Shown piece after piece: positions 7,838 to 17,124 of a DNA stretch of 64,000 nucleotides. The DNA is from a bacterium (GTDB taxonomy: Bacteria > Hinthialibacterota > Hinthialibacteria > Hinthialibacterales > Hinthialibacteraceae): positions 1,504,001-1,568,000 of the forward strand of contig CAXXMV010000008.1 in NCBI GenBank assembly GCA_963662285.2. Reading direction: 5' to 3'. Position 1 is the first letter of the stretch, and each line of letters opens with the position of its first letter. The position numbers and the translations under genes were made by a program. The notes beneath the pieces were generated by a model that searched no databases, was not told where the DNA came from, and saw only the letters and a list, made by a program, of their open reading frames with translations.

Positions 7838-10575
7838 TAATAAATCGACCAATCAACCACGCTAGTCGGACGTTCAATGAAATAGATTCTTTCAACGCCA
7901 GCGCCATTCCAGGGGAAAGTAGTATGATTGGAAGCGAACCATTGCAATGCTCCATCATCATAATCAATCGCCAGGATGCAGAATCCGATCATATCTCCCA
8001 CAGTCGGAGGGAAGACTTCGTTTGCGAAAGCGCCTGTCATGGAATCCCAGGGGATGCGAACTTCAATGGCGTAATTACCGTCATCTTCCAATTTCCCGGC
8101 ATATTCAACCTGATCGAATAAATCCTGCGCCAGCCATCCTCCAAATGCATTCTTATATAGAACATTGGAGTCGCCATCATCAATCGCCAGAGTCGGAATG
8201 AACATTTCATTGGTGTCTAAACTATCCGGCGATTCAGCAAATACAAACTGTAAAGCATCAGCGCCATTAGGATCAGGGCCTACAAATGAATTAATATCAT
8301 CCACTGCGCTTAGCGCCGCATAGAAGTTTTCATCATCCCACATAAAATAATAGGTTCCATTGAAATCATCTAACGGAGTTACTTGTTGCGCACTATCATT
8401 ATTAATACCGCCATGAACCAAATCAACGAAATATGGATCATTAACGCCATTCAAAGTATCAGAATTAATTACTATAGACTGGGCGCCGGCATATTCTTCA
8501 GCGGATACCTGCCCATCAATGGTTATGCTCTGACCAGCATCTAGACGAACCGCATTAACCGGCCACCCCAGTTCTTGTTCTTTGGCGTAAATAGTCACGA
8601 AAATATCATCCAGATAAATCGGTTGTCCGGCTGCTACGTTAGAGAAGAGTTCCAGGGAAATATACTCGCGTTCATGAGGTTCATTGTTGAGTATCAAAGT
8701 TTGTTCAAACTGAACCCATTGATCATTCTGATCTATGGCAATGTGGCCGGAGAGGTTTTCCTGCCCATCGACTTTCTCGTTCAGGCGAACCCACAAATCG
8801 GTAAGTTCCGTCCCACTTGGGACAAAGTACATTCCCTTTACTGTGACGCGGGCATTCTTGGGAATGGCAGTATTATAACCATCCAGTTTCTGCCAAATGG
8901 CATGGTATCCGCCGACGCCATTAATGCGCAGAGCGTTGTCGCCCGAATAAACAACATCGGATTGCACAATAAAGTCAGTAATAACGCCTTCGGTGTTACG
9001 AATTATCCAAGGTTCCAATCCGCTCTCGAAACTGTTATTTAGAATATGTTCATCCAGAAAGCGGATCCAATCAATTTCGACCAAAGCATCTTCTGCAACG
9101 GAATTGGGGAAATCAAACCTAATCCGGTTTATTTCGCCTTTCCAATCTTGCTTATCGACATCAATAAAAGCTGTAAACCATTCATTGTTTACCGGAACTG
9201 AATACACGCTTGAACCATGCCCGCCTACTGTCGGGAACCAGAACATTTCCGGCCCGGCCATACCAGCGCCAGTATTGATTCTCATGCGGATTGCCGCGCC
9301 GCCATACCGTGGAGCGGGGAAAGGACCATTCGGACCAAACAGGTATGGATCATCTAAACCAGCAGGATAAGTCAATGTCAACAGGCCATCCGCAACATTG
9401 ATATTCTCCACCAGATTGCCTTCATTCCAACCCTGATCATCGCCATCGGTATTGAATTCCCAATTGGCGTCGGGGAAAGTCTCCAACACAACGATATCTT
9501 CCGGTTCTTGAACATCGATGAATATATCATCGACATAGAAAACCTTACCGGCAGGATTTTTGGAATAGAGTTGCGCTTTGAGCGAGGTCCGTTCAGCAGG
9601 CTCCATATCTAAAACCAGCGTGCTAGAGAATTGCGCCCACTGATCGAATGTTGTTATTTCAATTGGAGCACTAGTCAGTTCAGCACCGCCATTCGATTCA
9701 CGAACGCGGAACCAGAACGTCGAGTCGGCGTCCCAACTATCCGCCGGAATATTATAAGCCCCGAACACGCTGACCAGAGAACCTTTTGCAATATCTACGC
9801 CATTAAGGATTTCCTGTTCCAAGGCATGATAATTTGAATCAGCTGTACCCAGACCAGTTATTTGCAAAGACGCATACTCAGAGAATGAAATATCTCCAGT
9901 GATTCTAAAATCATCTTCCGTCCCGGCGCCGATCTGTTCCCAGGGGCTGAAACCATCAAAATAATATTCTTCAAAATTATTATTCTCCACCCCGTAATCA
10001 ACCAGGCGGATCCAGTCAATTTCCACTTTGTAATCCAGGATAACATTATCGGCCAGGTCAAAGCGGTAATTATTGATCATCCCCTGCCAAGGCTGCTGCT
10101 CATTTCCTTCCAGCAAATTGACATATACAACGAACCATCCATTATCTTCCGGCCACCAATCAGCAATATTAGAGCCGTATGGTTTATTCCCATGTCCGGG
10201 TAAACCTTCTACCGGATCTGCAGGAAAATAATAAATATTCGGACCCGATCCAAAATCTTCGGGATAGACATCAACTCCTTCATCGACGAATGACCAGCGC
10301 ATTCTCATCTGTACGCCGGTCGCCCGGTCGCCGTCATAAGGACCGAATGGGCCATTTACATAAGGATCGCCTGTCCCGGCCAGCACGGTTGCAACCAGCG
10401 AACCGTCAATAACTTCTAATGAATTTATCCCGTTTCCAATACTCCAACCTTCGCGATTGCCATCAGTGTTAAATTCCGCCGCCGTTGTATACAGCGGCAT
10501 ACATAGCACTGCCATGACTCCAAATGTTAATAAAACCTGAAATACATGTCTTGTTCTTAAAATGTTTCGATTCAT
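7837..10575 (-). CDS. Large acidic secreted/surface protein with duplicated CBM-like modules and a C-terminal CBM9/DOMON-like sugar-binding domain
   Basis: Signal peptide; two copies of EFNTDG..GW..DPY..GP..VEIDWIR plus NNxFE..YxDDIF; TIDGQVSAEEY...WDDENFY...EVRIPW is CBM9-like; ends PTSVVDWSIY. Start taken at MNRNIL (SD agggag). Confidence 0.75.
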   Translation of the reverse strand: MNRNILRTRHVFQVLLTFGVMAVLCMPLYTTAAEFNTDGNREGWSIGNGINSLEVIDGSLVATVLAGTGDPYVNGPFGPYDGDRATGVQMRMRWSFVDEGVDVYPEDFGSGPNIYYFPADPVEGLPGHGNKPYGSNIADWWPEDNGWFVVYVNLLEGNEQQPWQGMINNYRFDLADNVILDYKVEIDWIRLVDYGVENNNFEEYYFDGFSPWEQIGAGTEDDFRITGDISFSEYASLQITGLGTADSNYHALEQEILNGVDIAKGSLVSVFGAYNIPADSWDADSTFWFRVRESNGGAELTSAPIEITTFDQWAQFSSTLVLDMEPAERTSLKAQLYSKNPAGKVFYVDDIFIDVQEPEDIVVLETFPDANWEFNTDGDDQGWNEGNLVENINVADGLLTLTYPAGLDDPYLFGPNGPFPAPRYGGAAIRMRINTGAGMAGPEMFWFPTVGGHGSSVYSVPVNNEWFTAFIDVDKQDWKGEINRIRFDFPNSVAEDALVEIDWIRFLDEHILNNSFESGLEPWIIRNTEGVITDFIVQSDVVYSGDNALRINGVGGYHAIWQKLDGYNTAIPKNARVTVKGMYFVPSGTELTDLWVRLNEKVDGQENLSGHIAIDQNDQWVQFEQTLILNNEPHEREYISLELFSNVAAGQPIYLDDIFVTIYAKEQELGWPVNAVRLDAGQSITIDGQVSAEEYAGAQSIVINSDTLNGVNDPYFVDLVHGGINNDSAQQVTPLDDFNGTYYFMWDDENFYAALSAVDDINSFVGPDPNGADALQFVFAESPDSLDTNEMFIPTLAIDDGDSNVLYKNAFGGWLAQDLFDQVEYAGKLEDDGNYAIEVRIPWDSMTGAFANEVFPPTVGDMIGFCILAIDYDDGALQWFASNHTTFPWNGAGVERIYFIERPTSVVDWSIY

Positions 10576-10841
10576 TTCTTTTCTCCCTAATAAATTTTTC
10601 ATCAATGCATTTCAGCAATGCATTGATAATCACTATAAATCCATCATCAATACTAACATTTCATATTATTATGTTTCAAGACTGGTCACAAAAAAATCAC
10701 ACAAATACCGAAAATTTCCATAACAATGACTGATTATGGTTAATTTTGGCAAGAATAATATGATTAACGAGAATTTCTCTATCTTCACCGGTCTTTATCC
10801 CATGTAAATTGGTGGAAAATAGCCATTGAGCATTTTTTTTC

Positions 10842-10870
10842 TTGACAACTCAATTGATTTTTAATAAATT
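10842..10870 (+). promoter_or_regulatory. Sigma70-type promoter
   Basis: TTGACA (10842-47), 17-nt spacer, TAAATT (10865-70). Confidence 0.65.
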
Positions 10871-10901
10871 AGATTTAGCGCTGAAAGGAGGTGGTCCATC
10901 T

Positions 10902-10964
10902 ATGCATTATGACTGTACGGGTAGTACATGTAGCGCAGGTGGCTGCGGAGGTGAGGAGAGCTAA
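10902..10964 (+). CDS. Unannotated 20-aa Cys/Gly-rich small ORF MHYDCTGSTCSAGGCGGEES
   Basis: ATG preceded by GAAAGGAGGTGGTCCA, downstream of a promoter, in a + strand unit that has its own terminator. Confidence 0.5.
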   Translation: MHYDCTGSTCSAGGCGGEES

Positions 10965-11214
10965 CTTTCCCATTGCGCCTCTGTTATTAAACGGAACTTT
11001 CTTCGCATTAAAAGGAATTTAACTAAAGACGCTTCGCGTCATGATCCTGTGCGCTATTCCTCAACGCGATGATCTTTTCAAATAACAGGGATTATCGGTA
11101 ACGGATTTATTGTCAGTCGAGCGCCAAGGCGATAACGGATTGTATGATATTTAATTACAGACGTTATCCACCGGAACATGCTCTCCTGGCTTTCCAATCC
11201 AAGCAGTTTACCGC

Positions 11215-11250
11215 AACGGGGGCGATCAATTCAGATCGCCCCCGTTTTTA
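11215..11250 (+). terminator. Rho-independent terminator (+ strand)
   Basis: AACGGGGGCGATC-aattca-GATCGCCCCCGTT 13-bp stem followed by TTT. The U-tract is on the + strand only. Confidence 0.85.
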
Positions 11251-11262
11251 ATTTATTGCCAT

Positions 11263-11340
11263 GTAGGCTGGGTCGCGCTTTTCCGACACACCGATAATAA
11301 TTAATCGATTCGGTGGGTCATAAAAAGCGACCCACCCTAC
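11263..11340. repeat. Inverted REP pair (REPIN-like, family A variant)
   Basis: GTAGGCTGGGTCGCGCTTTTCCGACACACC ... GGTGGGTCATAAAAAGCGACCCACCCTAC. Confidence 0.75.
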
Positions 11341-11350
11341 GGTACTTAGA

Positions 11351-14300
11351 TTATTTATCTTCTTCGAGAATCCCCATGCCGCTGCGATCCGGATATTTCG
11401 GGCGTCGTGCCGGAATATATGGATTGCTGTTAATCTCTTCAATCATCAGATCGATAGCTGCATCCAACTGAGGATCGCCGCCGTTAATCATCTTCGAGGG
11501 ATTATCAACTATTTCAATATCAGGATCAACGCCATGCCCTTCGATGCCCCAGGTGCCGTCAACGTCAAAGTAGGCGAAATTGGGAACAGAAACACGCCCT
11601 CCATCAACCAAAGGAGGCATTCCAGAGATGCCGACTAAGCCGCCCCAGGTGCGCATACCCACCAATTTACCCAATTCGGCCTGACGGAACAAAGCGGGGA
11701 ACATATCGCCGCCCGATCCAGCCAAACCATTAATCAACATGCATTTAGGACCATGATGGGCGCTGGTCGGCCAGGGGATGCTATCTCCATCACGCAACGC
11801 CCAATAGTTTGTGATAGGTCTTTTTAACAATTCGATAAAACGGCTTGGCGCCTGTCCGCCGCCATTCCACCGCTCGTCGATAATCAAAGCCTCTTTGGTC
11901 ATCTGTCCATAGAACTGCCGGAACAGATTATTCTGGCCATCGACGCCGGTATTAGGCACGTAAATATAACCGACTTTGCCGCCTGATTTCTTATCTACAT
12001 AAGCGCGGTTCTTTTCGATCCACGCCCGGTAGCGCAGATTGCCATCATTAGAAAGCAATTTGATGACTACATCACGCGAATCATCATTCTTCACAGGTTC
12101 ATCACCAACGGTCAACACAACAGTCTTGTCAGCCAATCCGATAAAGGCCGCCCAGGGATCAAGATTGGCATCAATCGGAACGCCATTGACAGCCAGAATA
12201 TAATCGCCTTCATCGACCTTATCTTTGGCAACATGGTTGAAAGGACTGCGCGCATCGACATCCCATACCGCGCCTTCATAAATCTTCGAGATACAATATG
12301 CGCCTTCTTTCAACTCCAGATCAACGCCTAACATGCCAACCGATTCGCTGGGCTGACCTTCAACATCACCGCCGCCATAGTAGGCATGTCCGACATTCAA
12401 TTCAGAGATCATCTCTTTAATGACAAAACTGAGGTCTTCTCTGGTGGCGCAATCATCCAGCATGCCTTCGTAATGCTTCCGGACCGCTTCCCAATCCACG
12501 CCGTGCATGTTCGGGTCATAGAAGAAATCGCGGTACCTGCGCCAAGCGTCGGTAAATATTTCACGCCATTCTTCCCGTGGATTAATCATAGTACGCAGTC
12601 CAGCTGCACTGATGGCGTCTTCCAGTTTCTGATCAGGCTCAGCCTTGATAACATGAAAACTGGAACCTTTTCTGACCAGCATCTTCTTGCCGTCAGCGGT
12701 CATGTCATAACCACCCATATCATCCAAAACCGTTTTTTCTTCCTTCTTCTCATCAGAAAGATCAAACAGTTTAATAGAAGTCTTGCCGCCGCTGTTGCGC
12801 AATCCGCTGCGGCAATAAATCAATTTATCTTCATGGTTAACTGATAAAGCGTAGAAATTCCCATGCTTGACCGACAATTGAAACGCCCTGCGCTCAAAGC
12901 CTTCTATATCGATCTCCAGAGGCTTTTCGTCTTCTTTTTTCTTATTATCTTTTTTGTCTTTAACAGCCTCTTTATCAGCATCCTTGTCGCCGTCTTTATC
13001 CTTCTGGTCTTTGGCGTCTTTATCATCTACATCATCATCTTTTTTCTTTTTATCTTTGGCTTTTTTATCACCATCATCTTTACTACCATCTTTGTCATCA
13101 TCAGAGTCGTCATCTGAATCCTTGTCTTTATCTTCTTCGTCCTTACCCTCTTTATCCTTATCCTTCTCATCTTCCCATGATTCTTCATCACTCTCAAACA
13201 GATAAGGGTCTTTTACATCTGCGCGGAGAGGAACCGCATAGAGCAAATCGGTATCGCTATATACGAACGATTTACCCAATCCCCAACCGGCGTCTTCATA
13301 AATCGGACTATCAAAATTGCGGTTGCTGGCGAAAAACAGAAAGTCGCCCTTACGGTCAAAAGTGGGCGCCGTATCGTTGAACATATCGCTGGTAACCTGA
13401 TAAGACTCTTCCTTCTTCAGGTTATACAGAAAAATTGAGTTGAGCTGGTTCCGGGCGCCTTTTACATAAGCAATCCAAGCGGAATCATGCGACCAGTTAA
13501 TACCGGGATTGCTTCCCCAGCGGTCTTTATCAACAAAAAGGGATTCTTTATTATCAATATTATGTATATAGATCGATCCACTGTTATCGGTGAAAGCAAT
13601 ATTCTTCGAGTCAGGCGACCAAGTTGGATTGTAGCGGTATTTCTTACCGCCCGATGTCAGCTGCTGAGTCTCTTCCTTGCCATCGGATTGCATGATGTAA
13701 AGTTCATACTCTCCTGATTCATCAGAAAAATAGGCGATCCAGCGGCCATCAGGGCTCCAACTGGGGTAGCGTTCCGCCGCTCCGCTGCTGCGCGTCAGGT
13801 TGCGCACAGCGCCTTTTTTCTCCGGCAGCGTCCAGATGTCGCCGCGCGCTGCAATCACAACGCGCTTACCGGTTGATGATACGCCCCAACCACGAAGATG
13901 CCCGCTTACATCGGTTCGCTTGGAACGGATTTCAGGACGGGCGCCGGGAATCATAACAATGATGGATTTTGATTGTCCGGTGGATAGATTCAACAAATAT
14001 AGGTTTGATCCATTCTGAAAAACAATCTCCCCTTCACCATTGGCGCCGGGGCCAATCGATGGAAACTTACAGTCAAAATCTTTGAAAGTAGTAACCTGCT
14101 CGCGTTTTTCGGTGGTTGTATTATAAGACCAGATATTCAAACGATGATTCGGCCCGGCATCGCTAAGATAATAAACCACGTTGCCATACCACATGGGATA
14201 AGTGTCTGTTCCTTCAAAATCAGTTATCTTCTTGGATTTATAATCTTTGAGGTTGAACAGCCAGATATCAGTCGCCATGCCTCCACGATACCTTTTCCAG

Positions 14301-14944
14301 GTGCGGAAGTCTCTGCTATGCGGCGTATAAGCCAGCCACTCGCCATCGCCGTTGATAGCGCCATTGGCGCCGTAAGGCACGGGTAACTTATGCGGCATGC
14401 CGCATTCGGGCGACACAGTAAACAATTGGCTCTGACGCCCCAATCCAGCTAATCCACTGGCGTAAAAAAGCAGTTCGTTCTGAGGAGTCCAATCACAAAG
14501 CATTTCATTGGCGGGGTGATGAGTCACCCGAAAGGGAATTCCTCCCTCTACGGCAATAATATAGATATCTCTATCGCCATCATAATTCCCAACAAAAGCA
14601 ATTGATTTCCCATCTGGACTAAACCGGGGAAACATCTCCTCTCCGGCGGGGCTGGCTAAAGGAGTCGCCATACCGCCCTGGCGGGAAACCAACCATAAAT
14701 CATTAGCGTAAACAAATACAATGCTCGATGCGCTGACATCAGCGTAACGCAGCATCCCCGCATGGGGGCGCACCGCCGCTTCCACCGGTTCAGCATCGCC
14801 AGTTTTACTAGCCAACGCTATCATCTGTGTCCGTGCGTCATCGCTTTGCTGATCCAATGGCGCCAATGATATAAGTTCGCCTGTATTTCCTGTTGATACA
14901 ACAAGACATAACAACCCAACTACTAAATAAAAGTATTTCATCAC
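11351..14944 (-). CDS. Tricorn protease homologue (S41, beta-propellers, PDZ)
   Basis: WKRYRGGMA, PD40 repeats, LNVGHAY, DERWNGGG, GSGGDMFP and RTWGGLVG motifs. Confidence 0.95.
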   Translation of the reverse strand: MMKYFYLVVGLLCLVVSTGNTGELISLAPLDQQSDDARTQMIALASKTGDAEPVEAAVRPHAGMLRYADVSASSIVFVYANDLWLVSRQGGMATPLASPAGEEMFPRFSPDGKSIAFVGNYDGDRDIYIIAVEGGIPFRVTHHPANEMLCDWTPQNELLFYASGLAGLGRQSQLFTVSPECGMPHKLPVPYGANGAINGDGEWLAYTPHSRDFRTWKRYRGGMATDIWLFNLKDYKSKKITDFEGTDTYPMWYGNVVYYLSDAGPNHRLNIWSYNTTTEKREQVTTFKDFDCKFPSIGPGANGEGEIVFQNGSNLYLLNLSTGQSKSIIVMIPGARPEIRSKRTDVSGHLRGWGVSSTGKRVVIAARGDIWTLPEKKGAVRNLTRSSGAAERYPSWSPDGRWIAYFSDESGEYELYIMQSDGKEETQQLTSGGKKYRYNPTWSPDSKNIAFTDNSGSIYIHNIDNKESLFVDKDRWGSNPGINWSHDSAWIAYVKGARNQLNSIFLYNLKKEESYQVTSDMFNDTAPTFDRKGDFLFFASNRNFDSPIYEDAGWGLGKSFVYSDTDLLYAVPLRADVKDPYLFESDEESWEDEKDKDKEGKDEEDKDKDSDDDSDDDKDGSKDDGDKKAKDKKKKDDDVDDKDAKDQKDKDGDKDADKEAVKDKKDNKKKEDEKPLEIDIEGFERRAFQLSVKHGNFYALSVNHEDKLIYCRSGLRNSGGKTSIKLFDLSDEKKEEKTVLDDMGGYDMTADGKKMLVRKGSSFHVIKAEPDQKLEDAISAAGLRTMINPREEWREIFTDAWRRYRDFFYDPNMHGVDWEAVRKHYEGMLDDCATREDLSFVIKEMISELNVGHAYYGGGDVEGQPSESVGMLGVDLELKEGAYCISKIYEGAVWDVDARSPFNHVAKDKVDEGDYILAVNGVPIDANLDPWAAFIGLADKTVVLTVGDEPVKNDDSRDVVIKLLSNDGNLRYRAWIEKNRAYVDKKSGGKVGYIYVPNTGVDGQNNLFRQFYGQMTKEALIIDERWNGGGQAPSRFIELLKRPITNYWALRDGDSIPWPTSAHHGPKCMLINGLAGSGGDMFPALFRQAELGKLVGMRTWGGLVGISGMPPLVDGGRVSVPNFAYFDVDGTWGIEGHGVDPDIEIVDNPSKMINGGDPQLDAAIDLMIEEINSNPYIPARRPKYPDRSGMGILEEDK

Positions 14945-15131
14945 TCTCCTCCATTTATTATTAATATAAACATATGCCTATATCCATTTTATTAGTTTCA
15001 ATCTAATTTCAAACAATTAAAAACCCGAAGATTGATTTTAGTCGTTGATTTTTAGTCGTTTTTCCTTAACAATGCCTACTAATCTGATTTAATTCAGTCA
15101 CTCTAAATCAACCTGAGACATAGTTAAAAAT

Positions 15132-17057
15132 ATGAATAATAAAACAAGTTCAATATCAATGCCGCCATCCAACGATAATCGTGAATTCACTATACCCGCT
15201 GTTATTTTAGGAATTATTCTCTCTATTGTAATGGGAGCCGCCAATGTCTACCTGGGGCTGCGGGCAGGCATGACCGTCTCCGCCTCCATCCCCGCAGCCG
15301 TCATATCTATGGGTATACTGCAAGGCGTCTTCCGCCGCAAGAACATCCTGGAATCAAACCTTGTCCAGACCAGCGCTTCCGCTGGAGAGTCGCTGGCGGC
15401 TGGCATCATCTTCACCATGCCCGCCATGATTCTTTCCGGGCTGTGGGAAACCTTCAATTTCTGGACAACTTCAATTATTGCTTTAACCGGAGGAATGCTG
15501 GGCATCCTTTTCATGATCCCCATGAGAAAAGTCTTCGTGGTCGACAGCCAGGAATTGAAATACCCAGAAGGGCTGGCCTGCGCGGCAGTGTTGCAAGCTG
15601 GTCAAGGAGAATCCGACGAAGCCTCATCAGGATCGCTATTGATTCTTATGGGATTGATAATCGGTGGATTAGTCAAATTCTGCGTATCATTCCTGGGTTT
15701 ATTTAAGTCCATCACCGAGTGGGCTTTTTTTGCGTCCACCCGCGTCTTCTATTTCGGTTTCGATATATCTCCCGCGCTGGTATCAGTCGGCGTAGTGGTC
15801 GGGCTGCCTATCGCCATCCAAATTTTCATCGGCGGCTTCATCGGTTGGCTGGTAGCCATACCATTAATGACCGCCGATATTTCATCCGGCCCGGCTCTGG
15901 ATGCAGCATGGGATTTATGGAGCTCCCACGTCCGCTACATCGGCGTTGGAACTATGGTGGTCGGTGGAGTAGTATCGATATGGAAAGTACGCCAGGGTCT
16001 GGTCTCCGCCGTAAACGAGATGGGCGCCATGATGCAAGAACAAAAGTCGGGCGTCGAGATCGATAAGAAGAACGCCAACATAAACGGCGGCGCAATATTC
16101 CTGCTATCCCTGCTATGCATCCTTCTCACAGCGGGTACATACTATTACCTATTGCATGGCGCCCTGGCTTTCACATTACTGATTACCGTCATCATGATTG
16201 TGATGGCATTTTTCTTCACCGCAGTAGCCAGTTATATTGTGGGACTGGTGGGCAACTCCAACAGCCCGGTATCAGGCATGACCATCTCTACCATCCTGGT
16301 AACAGGCGGCATAATCTATCTGGCCGGATACACCGGAACCCAGGGCATGATCGCCACCCTCGGAGTAGCCGGTGTCATCTGCTGCGTAGCCTGCACCTCT
16401 GGCGACGTCTGCAACGACCTCAAAACAGGCCATATACTAGGCGCCTCGCCTCGCAACCAACAGATCATGCAGATCATCGGCGTGGTAGTAGCCTCATTCG
16501 TGCTGGCCCCGGTCATGACCGTCTTGCATCAAGGCTCCATCAACAACGGAACCGGCGGCATCGGTGGACGCGACCTCGCCGCGCCCCAGGCCAAACTCTT
16601 CTCATCACTGGTCGATGGATTCTTCGGCAACGGCGTCCTACCCTGGGACATGGTCTTTATAGGAGTCATCATCGGCCTGGCGCTCATGATTATTGATTTC
16701 ATACTCGAACAAAACGAATCAGAATTCCGCCTGCATATCATGCCAGTAGCCATCGGAATCTATCTACCACTAGGCCTATCGGTTCCCATCTTCTTCGGCG
16801 GAATCCTCAATTGGCTGCTAACCGGAAAAACCAAAGAATCCACAGCATTAAGCCAGAAACGTGGATTACTAACCGCCTCCGGTATGATCGCCGGCGAATC
16901 GCTCATGGGAGTGCTGCTGGGCTTCATCACCTATATGGAAATAAAAACCTGGTCGATAGGCGGCGCCTTCGGCGACATTTTATCAGATATTCTATCCATA
17001 GGAATTCTATTCCTAACCATGTTCTTTATATATAGGGTTTCAAAACGACGCGCTTAA
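15132..17057 (+). CDS. OPT-family oligopeptide transporter
   Basis: NVYLGLRAGMTVSASIPAAVIS, LKYPEGLACA, NSPVSG, DLKTGH and APQA motifs; polytopic membrane protein. Confidence 0.95.
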   Translation: MNNKTSSISMPPSNDNREFTIPAVILGIILSIVMGAANVYLGLRAGMTVSASIPAAVISMGILQGVFRRKNILESNLVQTSASAGESLAAGIIFTMPAMILSGLWETFNFWTTSIIALTGGMLGILFMIPMRKVFVVDSQELKYPEGLACAAVLQAGQGESDEASSGSLLILMGLIIGGLVKFCVSFLGLFKSITEWAFFASTRVFYFGFDISPALVSVGVVVGLPIAIQIFIGGFIGWLVAIPLMTADISSGPALDAAWDLWSSHVRYIGVGTMVVGGVVSIWKVRQGLVSAVNEMGAMMQEQKSGVEIDKKNANINGGAIFLLSLLCILLTAGTYYYLLHGALAFTLLITVIMIVMAFFFTAVASYIVGLVGNSNSPVSGMTISTILVTGGIIYLAGYTGTQGMIATLGVAGVICCVACTSGDVCNDLKTGHILGASPRNQQIMQIIGVVVASFVLAPVMTVLHQGSINNGTGGIGGRDLAAPQAKLFSSLVDGFFGNGVLPWDMVFIGVIIGLALMIIDFILEQNESEFRLHIMPVAIGIYLPLGLSVPIFFGGILNWLLTGKTKESTALSQKRGLLTASGMIAGESLMGVLLGFITYMEIKTWSIGGAFGDILSDILSIGILFLTMFFIYRVSKRRA

Positions 17058-17074
17058 GAATGGGCGGCCAACGC

Positions 17075-17124
17075 GTAGGGTGGGCTAAAAGCCGCGAAAG
17101 CGGCGTAGCCCACCAAAAACCACT
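17075..17124 (+). repeat. GTAG-type REP (family A)
   Basis: GTAGGGTGGGCTAAAAGCCGCGAAAGCGGCGTAGCCCACCAAAAACCACT, near-identical to the copy at 7739. Confidence 0.8.

Larger units (their letters stand above)
10877..11250 (+). ncRNA. Candidate structured small RNA / sORF mRNA of unknown family
   Basis: Promoter and + strand terminator between two minus-strand genes; stems 10954-61/11180-87, 10981-88/11081-88, 11028-32/11036-40 and 11131-37/11162-68. Confidence 0.5.

Noticed and set aside
10877-11250. tmRNA, RNase P, SRP or 6S identity for the ~370-nt unit
   Set aside because: No tRNA-like GGGG..TTCGA..CCA ends, no GAGGAAAGTCC, no SRP loop, and not a single long 6S-like rod by eye. An Rfam search is still needed.
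12954-13205. Ser/Leu-rich + strand ORF
   Set aside because: Antisense shadow of the Asp/Lys tract of tricorn protease.
15032-15058. Tandem TTGATTTT(T)AGTCG x2 in the tricorn/OPT divergent region
   Set aside because: Only two copies; could be an operator or slippage, with no further support.
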